In this document: one piece after another, positions 1 to 8,032 of the stretch | Layout of the letters: the number at the start of each line of letters is the position of its first letter | How positions within the stretch are numbered: the stretch's first letter is position 1 | Origin: Acidimicrobiia bacterium | GTDB lineage: Bacteria > Actinomycetota > Acidimicrobiia > Spongiisociales > JAHEDJ01 | Length of the DNA: 42,031 nt | Assembly: GCA_029210695.1 (NCBI GenBank) | Contig: JARGFH010000034.1 | Coordinates: 1 to 42,031 of the forward strand | Reading direction: 5' to 3' | The notes under the pieces: generated by a model | The model's input: only the letters and a program-made list of their open reading frames with translations | Told to the model about the DNA's origin: nothing | Databases searched by the model: none | Translations under genes and position numbers: made by a program

Positions 1-27
1 CTCGACACGACCGACAGGGTGATCAAA

Positions 28-72
28 CGCCAACGATGTCCTGAGCCTTTCCGCCAACGATGTCCTGAGCCT
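28..72. mobile_element. Probable IS481-family end (subterminal direct repeats)
   Basis: CGCCAACGATGTCCTGAGCCT at 28-48 and 52-72 (24-nt period). The CGATGTCCTGAG core resembles actinobacterial IS481 ends as I recall them. It lies at the window edge and no transposase is visible. Confidence 0.5.
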
Positions 73-134
73 CTCCCAGTAGGCAGTAGGCAGCTCATAG
101 CCTACGGCCTATGGCTCGGCCTACGGCCTGGTCT

Positions 135-1085
135 CTAGCCCCCGCTGCCGGTCTCCCCAGCCGGAGGCTCGGTCGGAGCATCGGAGGGGGCCTCTGCGGG
201 GACGATCAAGCCGCAGGCGATGAGCGTCTCCTCGGCCGGCGCTCCTCCGAAGCGGATTCGTTCGAAGGCGGTGACGGCGCGGAGTTCTTCATCGCTGAGG
301 TCGGCTTCGAAGCCCGGCATACCACCCTGGACGGGTTTTGCCTCGGCGCCGTACGTGCTGCCGACGGCAACGCTCCAACCGTCCGAGCCGAGGGTGATCC
401 ACTTGATGTGGTCGTCACAAGTCGGCCAGGTGACGATCACTGCCCCGCCCGCCATGGCCGGGCCGGTGCCGCCCTGGCCGTTGGCGCCGTGACACGATGC
501 ACACTGCGCTCCGGCGGTGTACACCTCCTGGCCGAGGGCGAGCAAGGATGCAGCTTCCGCGCCGCCGCCCCCGCGGCCCTCGAAGGGAGTGCCATCACAG
601 TTCACGAGGGAACCATCAAACGCCACCTCGAGGCGGCCGCCGTCACCGCAGGCGACTCCGTTGGAGTTCACGACCAGGTAGAGCAATCCGAAGAGTGGGA
701 TCACCAGGAAGGCGGCCACCATCCAGGGGGAGAAGGCCGAGCGGCGCCCGACCGTCTCAGCCATGACGTGGGCAGCGGTGGGCGTGATGGGCGGCGCCTC
801 TTCAGCGGACTGCTGTGCAATCGCTGCGGTTGGTGGTTGCTCCTCCAACTTCGGGGGAGCTTCGTCCGGGCGGGATTCCTCGGGAGACGGAGCTCGAGAC
901 GGCTGAATACTCTCCGCCGGCTCAGTTGCAGCAGGCTGCGGCGGAGGTGCTCCACCGGTCCAGGCAGCCAGGATCTCTTCGGGTGACGATCCGGTCGCGG
1001 CGGCGCGAGCCTCCGCCGACCTGCGGATGAGCGCTTCGGATGCTCCATATTGCCCGGCGAGAGTGGTGATGTGTTCGTTGCTCAC
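135..1085 (-). CDS. Membrane-anchored monohaem cytochrome c with N-terminal helical module and Pro/Ala linker
   Basis: GTG at 1085 overlaps the upstream stop (GTGA). One TM helix (WMVAAFLVIPLFGLLYLVV), CASCH haem motif and GGMPGF distal Met. Confidence 0.85.
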   Translation of the reverse strand: MSNEHITTLAGQYGASEALIRRSAEARAAATGSSPEEILAAWTGGAPPPQPAATEPAESIQPSRAPSPEESRPDEAPPKLEEQPPTAAIAQQSAEEAPPITPTAAHVMAETVGRRSAFSPWMVAAFLVIPLFGLLYLVVNSNGVACGDGGRLEVAFDGSLVNCDGTPFEGRGGGGAEAASLLALGQEVYTAGAQCASCHGANGQGGTGPAMAGGAVIVTWPTCDDHIKWITLGSDGWSVAVGSTYGAEAKPVQGGMPGFEADLSDEELRAVTAFERIRFGGAPAEETLIACGLIVPAEAPSDAPTEPPAGETGSGG

Positions 1086-1897
1086 TTGGATTCCAGGAGA
1101 TAGTCGACGAGGTCCTCGATATCGCCGGCGGACAGGTATCCGAACGAGGCATGTTTGCTCCCGGCCCTGAGGGCCTCCGGATCCTCGAGATAACCGGTCA
1201 GCCAGACAGGATCGTCGGTCGGCGGGCGGGATCCGATGTGGGTGAGATCTGGTCCGTTGCGCCGGAGACCGGGGACCAGCGGACTCCCAGACAGCGTGAC
1301 GATCCCGAGGTCGGCGTCGGTGACCACCGGCCGGACCTGCTGGGTGTGGCAGAACGCACAACCCTGAGCCAGATAGACATCCCGGCCGTGTTCGGCGCCG
1401 GCCGACAGAACGATCGGATCCACCGCATCGAGCACCTGGGCATTGCCGGCCGAGGCGGGAGCGATGACCGCGGCAAAGAACATGATGGCGAAGAGGGCTA
1501 TGGCGCCGAGGAGCAGCGAGCTGAGTGTCCCGCCCGGCATCGGCGCTGGCTCATCCATCGCGACCGGCGCAGAGAGAACGGCTGCCGCAAGCGGGGTGGG
1601 TGCCGGTGGAGCTTCGGCCGGGACGGCTTCCGGTTCCGGTCGCACTACGGCCTCTTCGGACTCTGGCTGATCAGTCGCCTCGACCTCGACGGGTTCGGGA
1701 GTGATCGCCATCGATTCGGGCGCTTCGACGACGGCCGGGGTCGAGGCTGCCGGCGGTGGACTGCCGCCGGCCCAGGCGTTCAGCACAGCCTCGGTAGCGG
1801 CTCCCTGGGCGGAGGCACGCGCCGCCGCCGAGCGCTGAATCAGGGCGGCAGAAGCACCGAAGCGCTCGGCGAGGACGTCGACGACTTCCTTACTCAC
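1082..1897 (-). CDS. cbb3-type oxidase subunit II-like (CcoO/FixO-like) monohaem cytochrome c
   Basis: GTG at 1897 overlaps the upstream stop. TM helix followed by GRDVYLAQGCAFCHTQQVRP...RRNGPDLTHIGSR, which matches CcoO motifs. Confidence 0.85.
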   Translation of the reverse strand: MSKEVVDVLAERFGASAALIQRSAAARASAQGAATEAVLNAWAGGSPPPAASTPAVVEAPESMAITPEPVEVEATDQPESEEAVVRPEPEAVPAEAPPAPTPLAAAVLSAPVAMDEPAPMPGGTLSSLLLGAIALFAIMFFAAVIAPASAGNAQVLDAVDPIVLSAGAEHGRDVYLAQGCAFCHTQQVRPVVTDADLGIVTLSGSPLVPGLRRNGPDLTHIGSRPPTDDPVWLTGYLEDPEALRAGSKHASFGYLSAGDIEDLVDYLLESK

Positions 1898-3317
1898 CTT
1901 CGGCCTCCGCGGGAATGAGGACCTCGTGGGCGATCGGCGTTCCAGAGGTAATGGTCCTGTAGATGACGTAGCCGTGCACGAGTTGACCGACGAAGGTGAT
2001 GAGAACACCGACCAGTGCGAGGGATCGCAGGAGGGAGATGGCGTCGAGAGTCTGGGTGAAACCGTCTCCGGTGTTGACGTATGCGCCGCTGTACGTTGCG
2101 CCCGTCCAGGTGAACCCGGCAACCAGACCGGTCAACCAGAGGAACACCGAGGTCGACGTCACTCCGATCATGGTGAGACGGAGGTGCCATTCGGCCAGGC
2201 GGTCATCGTAGAGATCCCGGCCGAGCATCCGCGGCAGTGCGGCATAGATGAATGCGGCGGCAATCCAGCCTCCGATTCCGAACAAGAGGAAGAACGACGT
2301 TCCGTCCCACCATGCGGTGAGTCCGACTATCGAGGCGACCGACCGGAACCCGGCGAGGGCCGAGAGCGCGATCGGAACCGGTAGCAGAGCGGTGGCGGCC
2401 AGCACGAAACGCAAGGGCACCGACGATCGCACCAGGTCCCACCGGCCGCGCACAGTGGCGGTGGCGTTGACGAACGCCGTGATGGCTACCACGACGAGTA
2501 CGAGACCCAACACGATCGCTGAGGTTTCGAGCCAGTCAGGTGCAGGACCGTGGGTGAATCTGGAGTATCCGGATGCCCCTCCTGCGAGGGCGAGTGTCCA
2601 GAAGCCGATGCGGGCGATCTGTTCGCTGAACAGCGGTCCCTCCGTCAGCTTTGGAATGAGGTAGAGCGCGATGCCCAGCGCGGCGCCGACGATCCAGAGA
2701 TAGTGGAAGGCTGCCGTAGTGAATGAAGACAGTAGAGAGACACCTACCGGGTTGAGACCGGGGAGATTGGACACGCCGGCAATGACGGGCAGCCAGACAA
2801 TTGCTGCGGCCGTGTACAGCAGAGATGCGGGCGGGGTAATTCTCGATCTGGATCTGAGCGTTGCGGTGACGACGAACGCCGGGACTACGAGCCCCGCCAG
2901 CAGGAGAAAGTCCGCCCACTGTGGGAACTCGAACAACTCGAAGCCATCACCCGCGCCAAGGCCTATGGCTCCCGTGCCCAGGAGGACGACACCGGCCAGG
3001 TACCAGACGTTCAAGCCGGCGAGTCTTCTGTAACGGAGCGGGGAACCACCGAGTCGAGGAACGAGGTAGTAGGCAGCACCGATCAGTGTCGGAGTGAGCC
3101 ACCCGAACATCGTGACGGCAGCGGCCATTGGACGAAGTCGTCCGTACGTCCAGAACCCCAACCCATCCAGGAACGCCGGGAAGACGCCCTTGATGAATTG
3201 CACCAACGTGAGGAATCCTGCCAGGAGAAGGAAGGCTGTCCCTAACAACAGGTGTCGTCGAGCGACCGGGTCGCTGTCGATCGAAGAGGCTGAGTTGTGG
3301 TGCGTCTCAGCGACCAA
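1890..3317 (-). CDS. cbb3-type oxidase subunit I-like (CcoN-like) protein lacking the His ligands
   Basis: TTG at 3317 after GAAGGGA. About 12 TM helices. Retains YGRLRP, YYLVPRL, YLIPK, PDW and LPRMLGRDLY..LAEWH, but the canonical ligand histidines are absent. Confidence 0.8.
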   Translation of the reverse strand: MVAETHHNSASSIDSDPVARRHLLLGTAFLLLAGFLTLVQFIKGVFPAFLDGLGFWTYGRLRPMAAAVTMFGWLTPTLIGAAYYLVPRLGGSPLRYRRLAGLNVWYLAGVVLLGTGAIGLGAGDGFELFEFPQWADFLLLAGLVVPAFVVTATLRSRSRITPPASLLYTAAAIVWLPVIAGVSNLPGLNPVGVSLLSSFTTAAFHYLWIVGAALGIALYLIPKLTEGPLFSEQIARIGFWTLALAGGASGYSRFTHGPAPDWLETSAIVLGLVLVVVAITAFVNATATVRGRWDLVRSSVPLRFVLAATALLPVPIALSALAGFRSVASIVGLTAWWDGTSFFLLFGIGGWIAAAFIYAALPRMLGRDLYDDRLAEWHLRLTMIGVTSTSVFLWLTGLVAGFTWTGATYSGAYVNTGDGFTQTLDAISLLRSLALVGVLITFVGQLVHGYVIYRTITSGTPIAHEVLIPAEAEGE

Positions 3318-3425
3318 CGCGGGTCCCTTCAGGTCGTTGTGGCGACCAGAGACTAATGGATGGTCGGGGTAGGTGCCGCTCAGGGGACGCGCGACGCGAT
3401 CGTCACATGTGTTGAACCGTCGGCA

Positions 3426-3448
3426 GCAATTGGCAATTGGCAATTGGC
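3426..3448. repeat. Heptamer tandem repeat (GCAATTG)x3
   Basis: Read directly in the divergent intergenic region. Confidence 0.9.
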
Positions 3449-3587
3449 TCAGGCGACGACCGAATCCGTGACGAGCAGGCGGATCACGGTCTGGCTGTGA
3501 GGCGACTAAAGTCCCGCTGCCGGAAGGAAGTGCTCGGCTAGGGTCGACCTGCCCCGGCACCGAAGCGAGTTTGAGGGCGATATCGCA

Positions 3588-4214
3588 GTGCACCGTCTTA
3601 GTCAGCTCGACGACATGCAGAGGAGGCGGCTGGGTTCCGCTCTGTTCTCGGTTGGGCTCTTCCTCCTCGCCTTCGGCGTTCTGTTCGCCCATTACTCCGG
3701 GTTTCCGGAAGGGGAGCGCGTTGACTATTTCGGTTGGTTCCCGCGCGGCTGCATGCTCGGCTCCGAGCGCTGTGTTCCCTGGTCCACCGGCGGCCAGCTC
3801 ATCGCGGCGGCCGGTTCGCAGCTCGCCATCGCCGGCGCTCTCCTCCTGTGGGTCGCCAATCAGAGGATGACCTGGGCGAGGGCCGGGTTTGCCGCGCTGC
3901 TGACGTGGCTCGAATTCGTGATCATCTTCGGCATCGTTCCGTCGGAGTGGCTCAATCTCAGCCAGGGACCGCTGGAGCTGACCAGACAACGAATCGCTCT
4001 CACCATTCCCTCCTGGCTGGTCCTTGGCAACGATGTATCGATCAGTTGGGCTGCCGTGAAGGATGCCATCTCCGGTGGGTACAACCTGGGGGTGCTCGGT
4101 GCTGCAATCGTCTTCGCGTTCAAGATCCAGGATTGGGGCAAAGCGAAACCCAAGGCCGTAATTGTCGAGAAGACTTCACTGTACGGCCGGCCTCTCACGA
4201 GGGGAGAGCGCTGA
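3588..4214 (+). CDS. Hypothetical membrane protein (about 4 TM), first gene of the Rieske/cytochrome b operon
   Basis: Hydrophobic helices. Its stop overlaps the ferredoxin ATG (TGATG). Confidence 0.75.
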   Translation: MHRLSQLDDMQRRRLGSALFSVGLFLLAFGVLFAHYSGFPEGERVDYFGWFPRGCMLGSERCVPWSTGGQLIAAAGSQLAIAGALLLWVANQRMTWARAGFAALLTWLEFVIIFGIVPSEWLNLSQGPLELTRQRIALTIPSWLVLGNDVSISWAAVKDAISGGYNLGVLGAAIVFAFKIQDWGKAKPKAVIVEKTSLYGRPLTRGER

Positions 4215-4666
4215 TGGCCCGCACGGACGCCTGGATCGAAGCGCCTCCATTTCGCGACGATTATCAGTTGACGCTCGTGGACACCGACACCGTTCAGAAG
4301 GCCGTCCGCCCCAAGCAGTTCCTCCATATCGACCAGGCCGAGTGCATTCTCTGCGAGGGATGCGTTGACATCTGCCCGTGGAAGTGCATTCACTACCTCT
4401 CGCTCGATGCTATCGACGAGGCGTTCGGAGTCGAGGATCCGTCAGAGGAAGAGGGCGCCTTCGGGTTCTTCGTGGTTGATGAGGAGGCATGCACCCGTTG
4501 CGCACTGTGTATCGATCGGTGTCCAACGAACGTGATCACCCTCGGCAAGTTCGCGGGATCGGTTTCAGACAGTGCGCGAGAAGCGGGCGTCCTGGAGGCG
4601 CCCTGGAAAGTCGACACAGGGCAGCGGGATTTCAAGAACGGGTACGCCTACGGCGTCCGCTGGTAA
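4214..4666 (+). CDS. 2x[4Fe-4S] dicluster ferredoxin
   Basis: [12 protein letters not shown] and [12 protein letters not shown] motifs. No signal peptide. ATG at 4214. Confidence 0.92.
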   Translation: MARTDAWIEAPPFRDDYQLTLVDTDTVQKAVRPKQFLHIDQAECILCEGCVDICPWKCIHYLSLDAIDEAFGVEDPSEEEGAFGFFVVDEEACTRCALCIDRCPTNVITLGKFAGSVSDSAREAGVLEAPWKVDTGQRDFKNGYAYGVRW

Positions 4667-4682
4667 CGGGAAGGTACGGAAC

Positions 4683-5471
4683 GTGGCGAACGGGAACGGC
4701 AAGACTGGATTGCTGAACACGGTGCAGGAGAAGGCGACGGAACTCGGCGACCGCGTAACGAGCAGTCAGGCCTGGGACTCGGTGTTCCGGCCCGGATCAC
4801 CATTCAAGAAGGGCCACACAGATAGTCCCAGGAACCGGTCGTACGTGGTGATGAACAACGTGCTGTATCACTTGCACCCGGTGAAGGTGAAGCGCCACGG
4901 CGTCCGTCTCTCTTATACGCTCTGTTTGGGCGGCCTGAGCTTCTTTCTGTTCATTCTGCTCACGATTACCGGCATCTTCCTCATGTTCTACTACCGCCCG
5001 ACCGCCGAGGCCGCCTACGTCGATGTGGCCGCCCTCTCGACCAGCGTCGCCTTCGGGTCGCTGGTCAGGAACATGCACCGGTGGGGGGCTCACCTCATGG
5101 TTCTCACCGTGTTCCTGCATATGAGCCGCGTGTTCTATCACGGCGCCTACAAGCCCCCTCGCGAGTTCAACTGGGTGATCGGCGTTGTGCTGTTGCTCCT
5201 AACTTTGTTGCTGTCGTTCACCGGGTATCTCCTTCCGTGGGATCAGCTCGCCCGCTGGGCAGTGACGGTCGGCACCAACATGGCCGGGTTCGTTCCGATC
5301 TTCGGCGACCAAGTGCGATTCGCATTACTGGGGGCGGCCGATGTCTCGGCCGACACATTGCTGCGCTGGTATGTCCTCCACGTGCTCTTCCTGCCCTTCA
5401 TCATCGTTGTGTTCATGGCCGTACATTTCTGGCGAGTCCGCAAAGACGGCGGCATCTCAGGCCCGCTGTAA
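4683..5471 (+). CDS. Cytochrome b6-like (split cytochrome b, N-terminal part)
   Basis: YTLCLGG (haem ci Cys), [36 protein letters not shown] and C-terminal GISGPL. GTG at 4683 follows GGAAGG. Confidence 0.93.
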   Translation: MANGNGKTGLLNTVQEKATELGDRVTSSQAWDSVFRPGSPFKKGHTDSPRNRSYVVMNNVLYHLHPVKVKRHGVRLSYTLCLGGLSFFLFILLTITGIFLMFYYRPTAEAAYVDVAALSTSVAFGSLVRNMHRWGAHLMVLTVFLHMSRVFYHGAYKPPREFNWVIGVVLLLLTLLLSFTGYLLPWDQLARWAVTVGTNMAGFVPIFGDQVRFALLGAADVSADTLLRWYVLHVLFLPFIIVVFMAVHFWRVRKDGGISGPL

Positions 5472-5480
5472 GGAGCTCCA

Positions 5481-7178
5481 TTGGTCGATATCCCAGAAGA
5501 ACTCCTCCGGCGATCTGCCGCAGCACGAGCTGCCGCCACGGGCGTACCCGTCGATGAGGTGCTGGCCGAGATGCGAGCTGCGGTAGGGAGCACCGCCTCG
5601 GCGCCACGGGTCGAGGACGCTCCTACCGACGGCGAACCAGAACATCCGACGACGCTGTCCGACGATCTCCTCACTCGCGAGGCGGCGGCCCGGGCCAGGG
5701 TCCTGGGCGTCCCGGAAGCTGATGCCGTGGCGGAGTTGAAGGGCGAGAAGGAACTCGTCATACCGCCGTCCGCCAAGAAGCAGGAGGAGAAGGCGCCGGC
5801 GGAATCGCAGGCTCCGGTAGAAGCACTGGTCGAGAATGAACCGCCGAGCGCTCCTGTGGCAGATACACCGGCAGTGCCCTTGCTCGGGGCCGGAGGCGAG
5901 ATCGATTACGCAGCGGCGGCGCTGGCAGTGGGTATGCCCGAGGCGCTGCTCAAGCGAAGCGTAGAAGCCAAAGCAAAGGCCAGGGGTCTCGATCCGGTTG
6001 CCGTCCTTGCTGAGATGACCGGCGGGAGCGTCGAAACCGTGGTGGAACCCGTTGCAGTTGCGATGGAGCCGGCTTCAGAGGCTGCCCCCCCTACACCCGC
6101 CCCAACCGTGGCAGGTCCTGCCGGCGAACTCGATTGGGCGGCGGCTGCGAGTGCGGCCGGTATGCCGGAGAAGTTGTTCAGGCGGAGTGTGGAGGCGAAG
6201 GCGAANNNNNNNNNNNNNNNNNNNNNNNNNNNNNNNNNNNNNNNNNNNNNNNNNNNNNNNNNNNNNNNNNNNNNNNNNNNNNNNNNNNNNNNNNNNNNNN
6301 CGGCGGTGGTGCTGGCCGAGATGACCGGGCAATCGGTGCCTGCTGCTCCGGCGGTGGCGGCGGCTGCACCGGTGGCACCGGCAGTCTCTGCAGCTGCGGC
6401 GGTGAGTGCCGGTGAACTCGATTGGGCGGCGGCTGCGAGTGCGGCCGGTATGCCGGAGAAGTTGTTCAGGCGGAGTGTGGAGGCGAAGGCGAAGGCGAAG
6501 GGGGTTGATCCGGCGGTGGTGCTGGCCGAGATGACCGGGCAATCGGTGCCTGCTGCTCCGGCGGTGGCGGCGGCTGCACCGGTGGCACCTGCAGTCTCTG
6601 CAGCTGCGGCGCCGTCTGCTGCCCCTGCTGCGGCCACGGCCACGATCCCCAAGGATGTCCGGCCCCAGCGCTTGCTCACCGTGGTCAAGGCCAGGGCAAT
6701 CCAGCAGGTCAAGGCTGAGCCGAGCGACAAGGTCAGCACTTGGCCGCACTTGCTCCTCATCGAGTTTGTTGCCCTGCTGGCGGTAACGGCACTGCTAATC
6801 GTCATGTCGGTTGTGATTCAGGCGCCATTGCTGGAGGCGGCCAACGCCAACGTCACGCCCAATCCATCTAAAGCACCCTGGTATTTCCTCGGACTCCAGG
6901 AACTGTTGACCTACTTCGATCCCCAGATCGCCGGTGTGACCGTGCCGACGATCATCGGTTTGTTCGGCTTCATGGCTATCCCTTACCTCGACCGCAACCC
7001 GTCGAACAAGCCGGCGGATCGCAAGTTCGCCATCTTCATGTATACGTTCTTCATCATGGGCGCAGCAACACTGACGATCATCGGCACGTTGTTCCGCGGA
7101 AGGGGCTTCAACTTCACCTACCCGTGGACCGACGGCATCTTCTTCGATGACCTCAAAGACTGGATCAACTTCGAATGA
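5481..7178 (+). CDS. Cytochrome b subunit IV-like (PetD-like) protein with a long N-terminal repeat region; spans the N-gap
   Basis: TTG after AGGAG. C-terminal TWPHLL...APLLEAANANVTPNPSKAPWYFLGLQELL...IPYLDRNP with 3 TM helices. About 390 aa of N-terminal repeats. Confidence 0.88.
   Translation: MVDIPEELLRRSAAARAAATGVPVDEVLAEMRAAVGSTASAPRVEDAPTDGEPEHPTTLSDDLLTREAAARARVLGVPEADAVAELKGEKELVIPPSAKKQEEKAPAESQAPVEALVENEPPSAPVADTPAVPLLGAGGEIDYAAAALAVGMPEALLKRSVEAKAKARGLDPVAVLAEMTGGSVETVVEPVAVAMEPASEAAPPTPAPTVAGPAGELDWAAAASAAGMPEKLFRRSVEAKAXXXXXXXXXXXXXXXXXXXXXXXXXXXXXXXXXAVVLAEMTGQSVPAAPAVAAAAPVAPAVSAAAAVSAGELDWAAAASAAGMPEKLFRRSVEAKAKAKGVDPAVVLAEMTGQSVPAAPAVAAAAPVAPAVSAAAAPSAAPAAATATIPKDVRPQRLLTVVKARAIQQVKAEPSDKVSTWPHLLLIEFVALLAVTALLIVMSVVIQAPLLEAANANVTPNPSKAPWYFLGLQELLTYFDPQIAGVTVPTIIGLFGFMAIPYLDRNPSNKPADRKFAIFMYTFFIMGAATLTIIGTLFRGRGFNFTYPWTDGIFFDDLKDWINFE
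6118..6611 (+). repeat. Near-identical 210-nt (70-aa) intragenic tandem repeat containing the assembly gap
   Basis: CGGCGGTGGTGCTGGCCGAG recurs at 6301 and 6511. GAACTCGATTGGGCG recurs at 6126 and 6414. Ns occupy 6206-6300. Confidence 0.9.
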
Positions 7179-8029
7179 CGGCTACCCAGATTGTCCTGGT
7201 CGCGATCATCGCTGTGGCGGTGCTGGCCGCGTTGGCGGCCTTTTCGATCGCCTCTCGAAAGGCCGGTCCTGATTGGAGAGCGGGGATGGACGGGCGCGCT
7301 CTCCGGGAGGATCGATCCAGGGTGTTGGTGGCTGCCGCCCCAGCCGTGGTGGAGGCTGACGAGGAAGAAGCCAGGGCCGAAGTCGAGGCACCCGTCGAGC
7401 CGGCCGGCGTCCGCCCGGTTGAGGTGGCCCGAATCGAAGAAGTCTCGGCAGATGAGGCCGGCGTGACGAGGCGGCAGTTCTTCAACAGGGCGACTCTGGC
7501 ACTCTTCGGAACGTTCTCGGTAGCAATGGGTGGCAGCATGCTTGCGTTCATTTGGCCCAACCTGAAAGGCGGATTCGGATCGGACATCGATGCCGGCCCC
7601 ATCGACGAGATCCGCACCCAGGTCTTCCAGGCGGACGGTTCCATTACGCCGCTATTTCGGCCGGATGCACGGGCCTACATCGTTCCCATCACCGACGAGG
7701 AGCTGGCAGGCTCACAATTCGTCGACAAGAGCCTGGCGGCCGGTGGCTTCATGGCGTTGTTCCAACGTTGCGTGCATCTGGGGTGCCGGGTCCCCTGGTG
7801 CAACACATCGCAAGGTTTCGAATGCCCGTGCCATGGTTCGAAATACAACTACACCGGGGAGTACGAGGCTGGACCGGCGCCCCGCAACCTCGATCGCTTC
7901 GTGGTCGAACTGCAGAACGATCGGTTCATCATCAAGACCGGGCAGATCATCGAGTCGCCGCGGGCACCGGAGAAGTCGGTGTCGTATCCGCAGGGGCCTT
8001 CCTGCATCGCCATCGAGAGCGCGGGGTAG
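7175..8029 (+). CDS. Rieske [2Fe-2S] protein of a menaquinol:cytochrome c reductase
   Basis: Internal Tat motif TRRQFF, CVHLGC, CPCHGSKY and GPAPRNL. There is an extra N-terminal TM helix. Confidence 0.95.
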   Translation: MTATQIVLVAIIAVAVLAALAAFSIASRKAGPDWRAGMDGRALREDRSRVLVAAAPAVVEADEEEARAEVEAPVEPAGVRPVEVARIEEVSADEAGVTRRQFFNRATLALFGTFSVAMGGSMLAFIWPNLKGGFGSDIDAGPIDEIRTQVFQADGSITPLFRPDARAYIVPITDEELAGSQFVDKSLAAGGFMALFQRCVHLGCRVPWCNTSQGFECPCHGSKYNYTGEYEAGPAPRNLDRFVVELQNDRFIIKTGQIIESPRAPEKSVSYPQGPSCIAIESAG

Positions 8030-8032
8030 CAC

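Noticed and set aside
28..72. 21-bp direct repeats as a CRISPR array
   Set aside because: Only two copies with a 3-nt spacer and no cas genes. They fit IS subterminal repeats better. The same applies to 41974-42013.
1890..3317. Pseudogene call for the CcoN-like gene
   Set aside because: No stops or frameshifts, the RBS and translational coupling are intact, and the losses are concentrated at ligand positions.
3318..3587. Rex or CRP/FNR boxes in the divergent respiratory promoter
   Set aside because: GTGA/TCAC half-sites are present but at the wrong spacing (8 or 12 nt instead of 6).
1890..3989. 699-aa ORF as given, or its annotation as a functional cbb3 oxidase, NO reductase or NO dismutase
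   Set aside because: The first ~224 codons overlap the divergent gene and intergenic repeats, so the real start is probably TTG 3317. All of those enzymes need most or all of the His ligands that are missing here.
6206..6300. N run as a biological feature or frameshift
   Set aside because: It is an assembly gap within a tandem repeat, and the flanks are consistent with a continuous frame.
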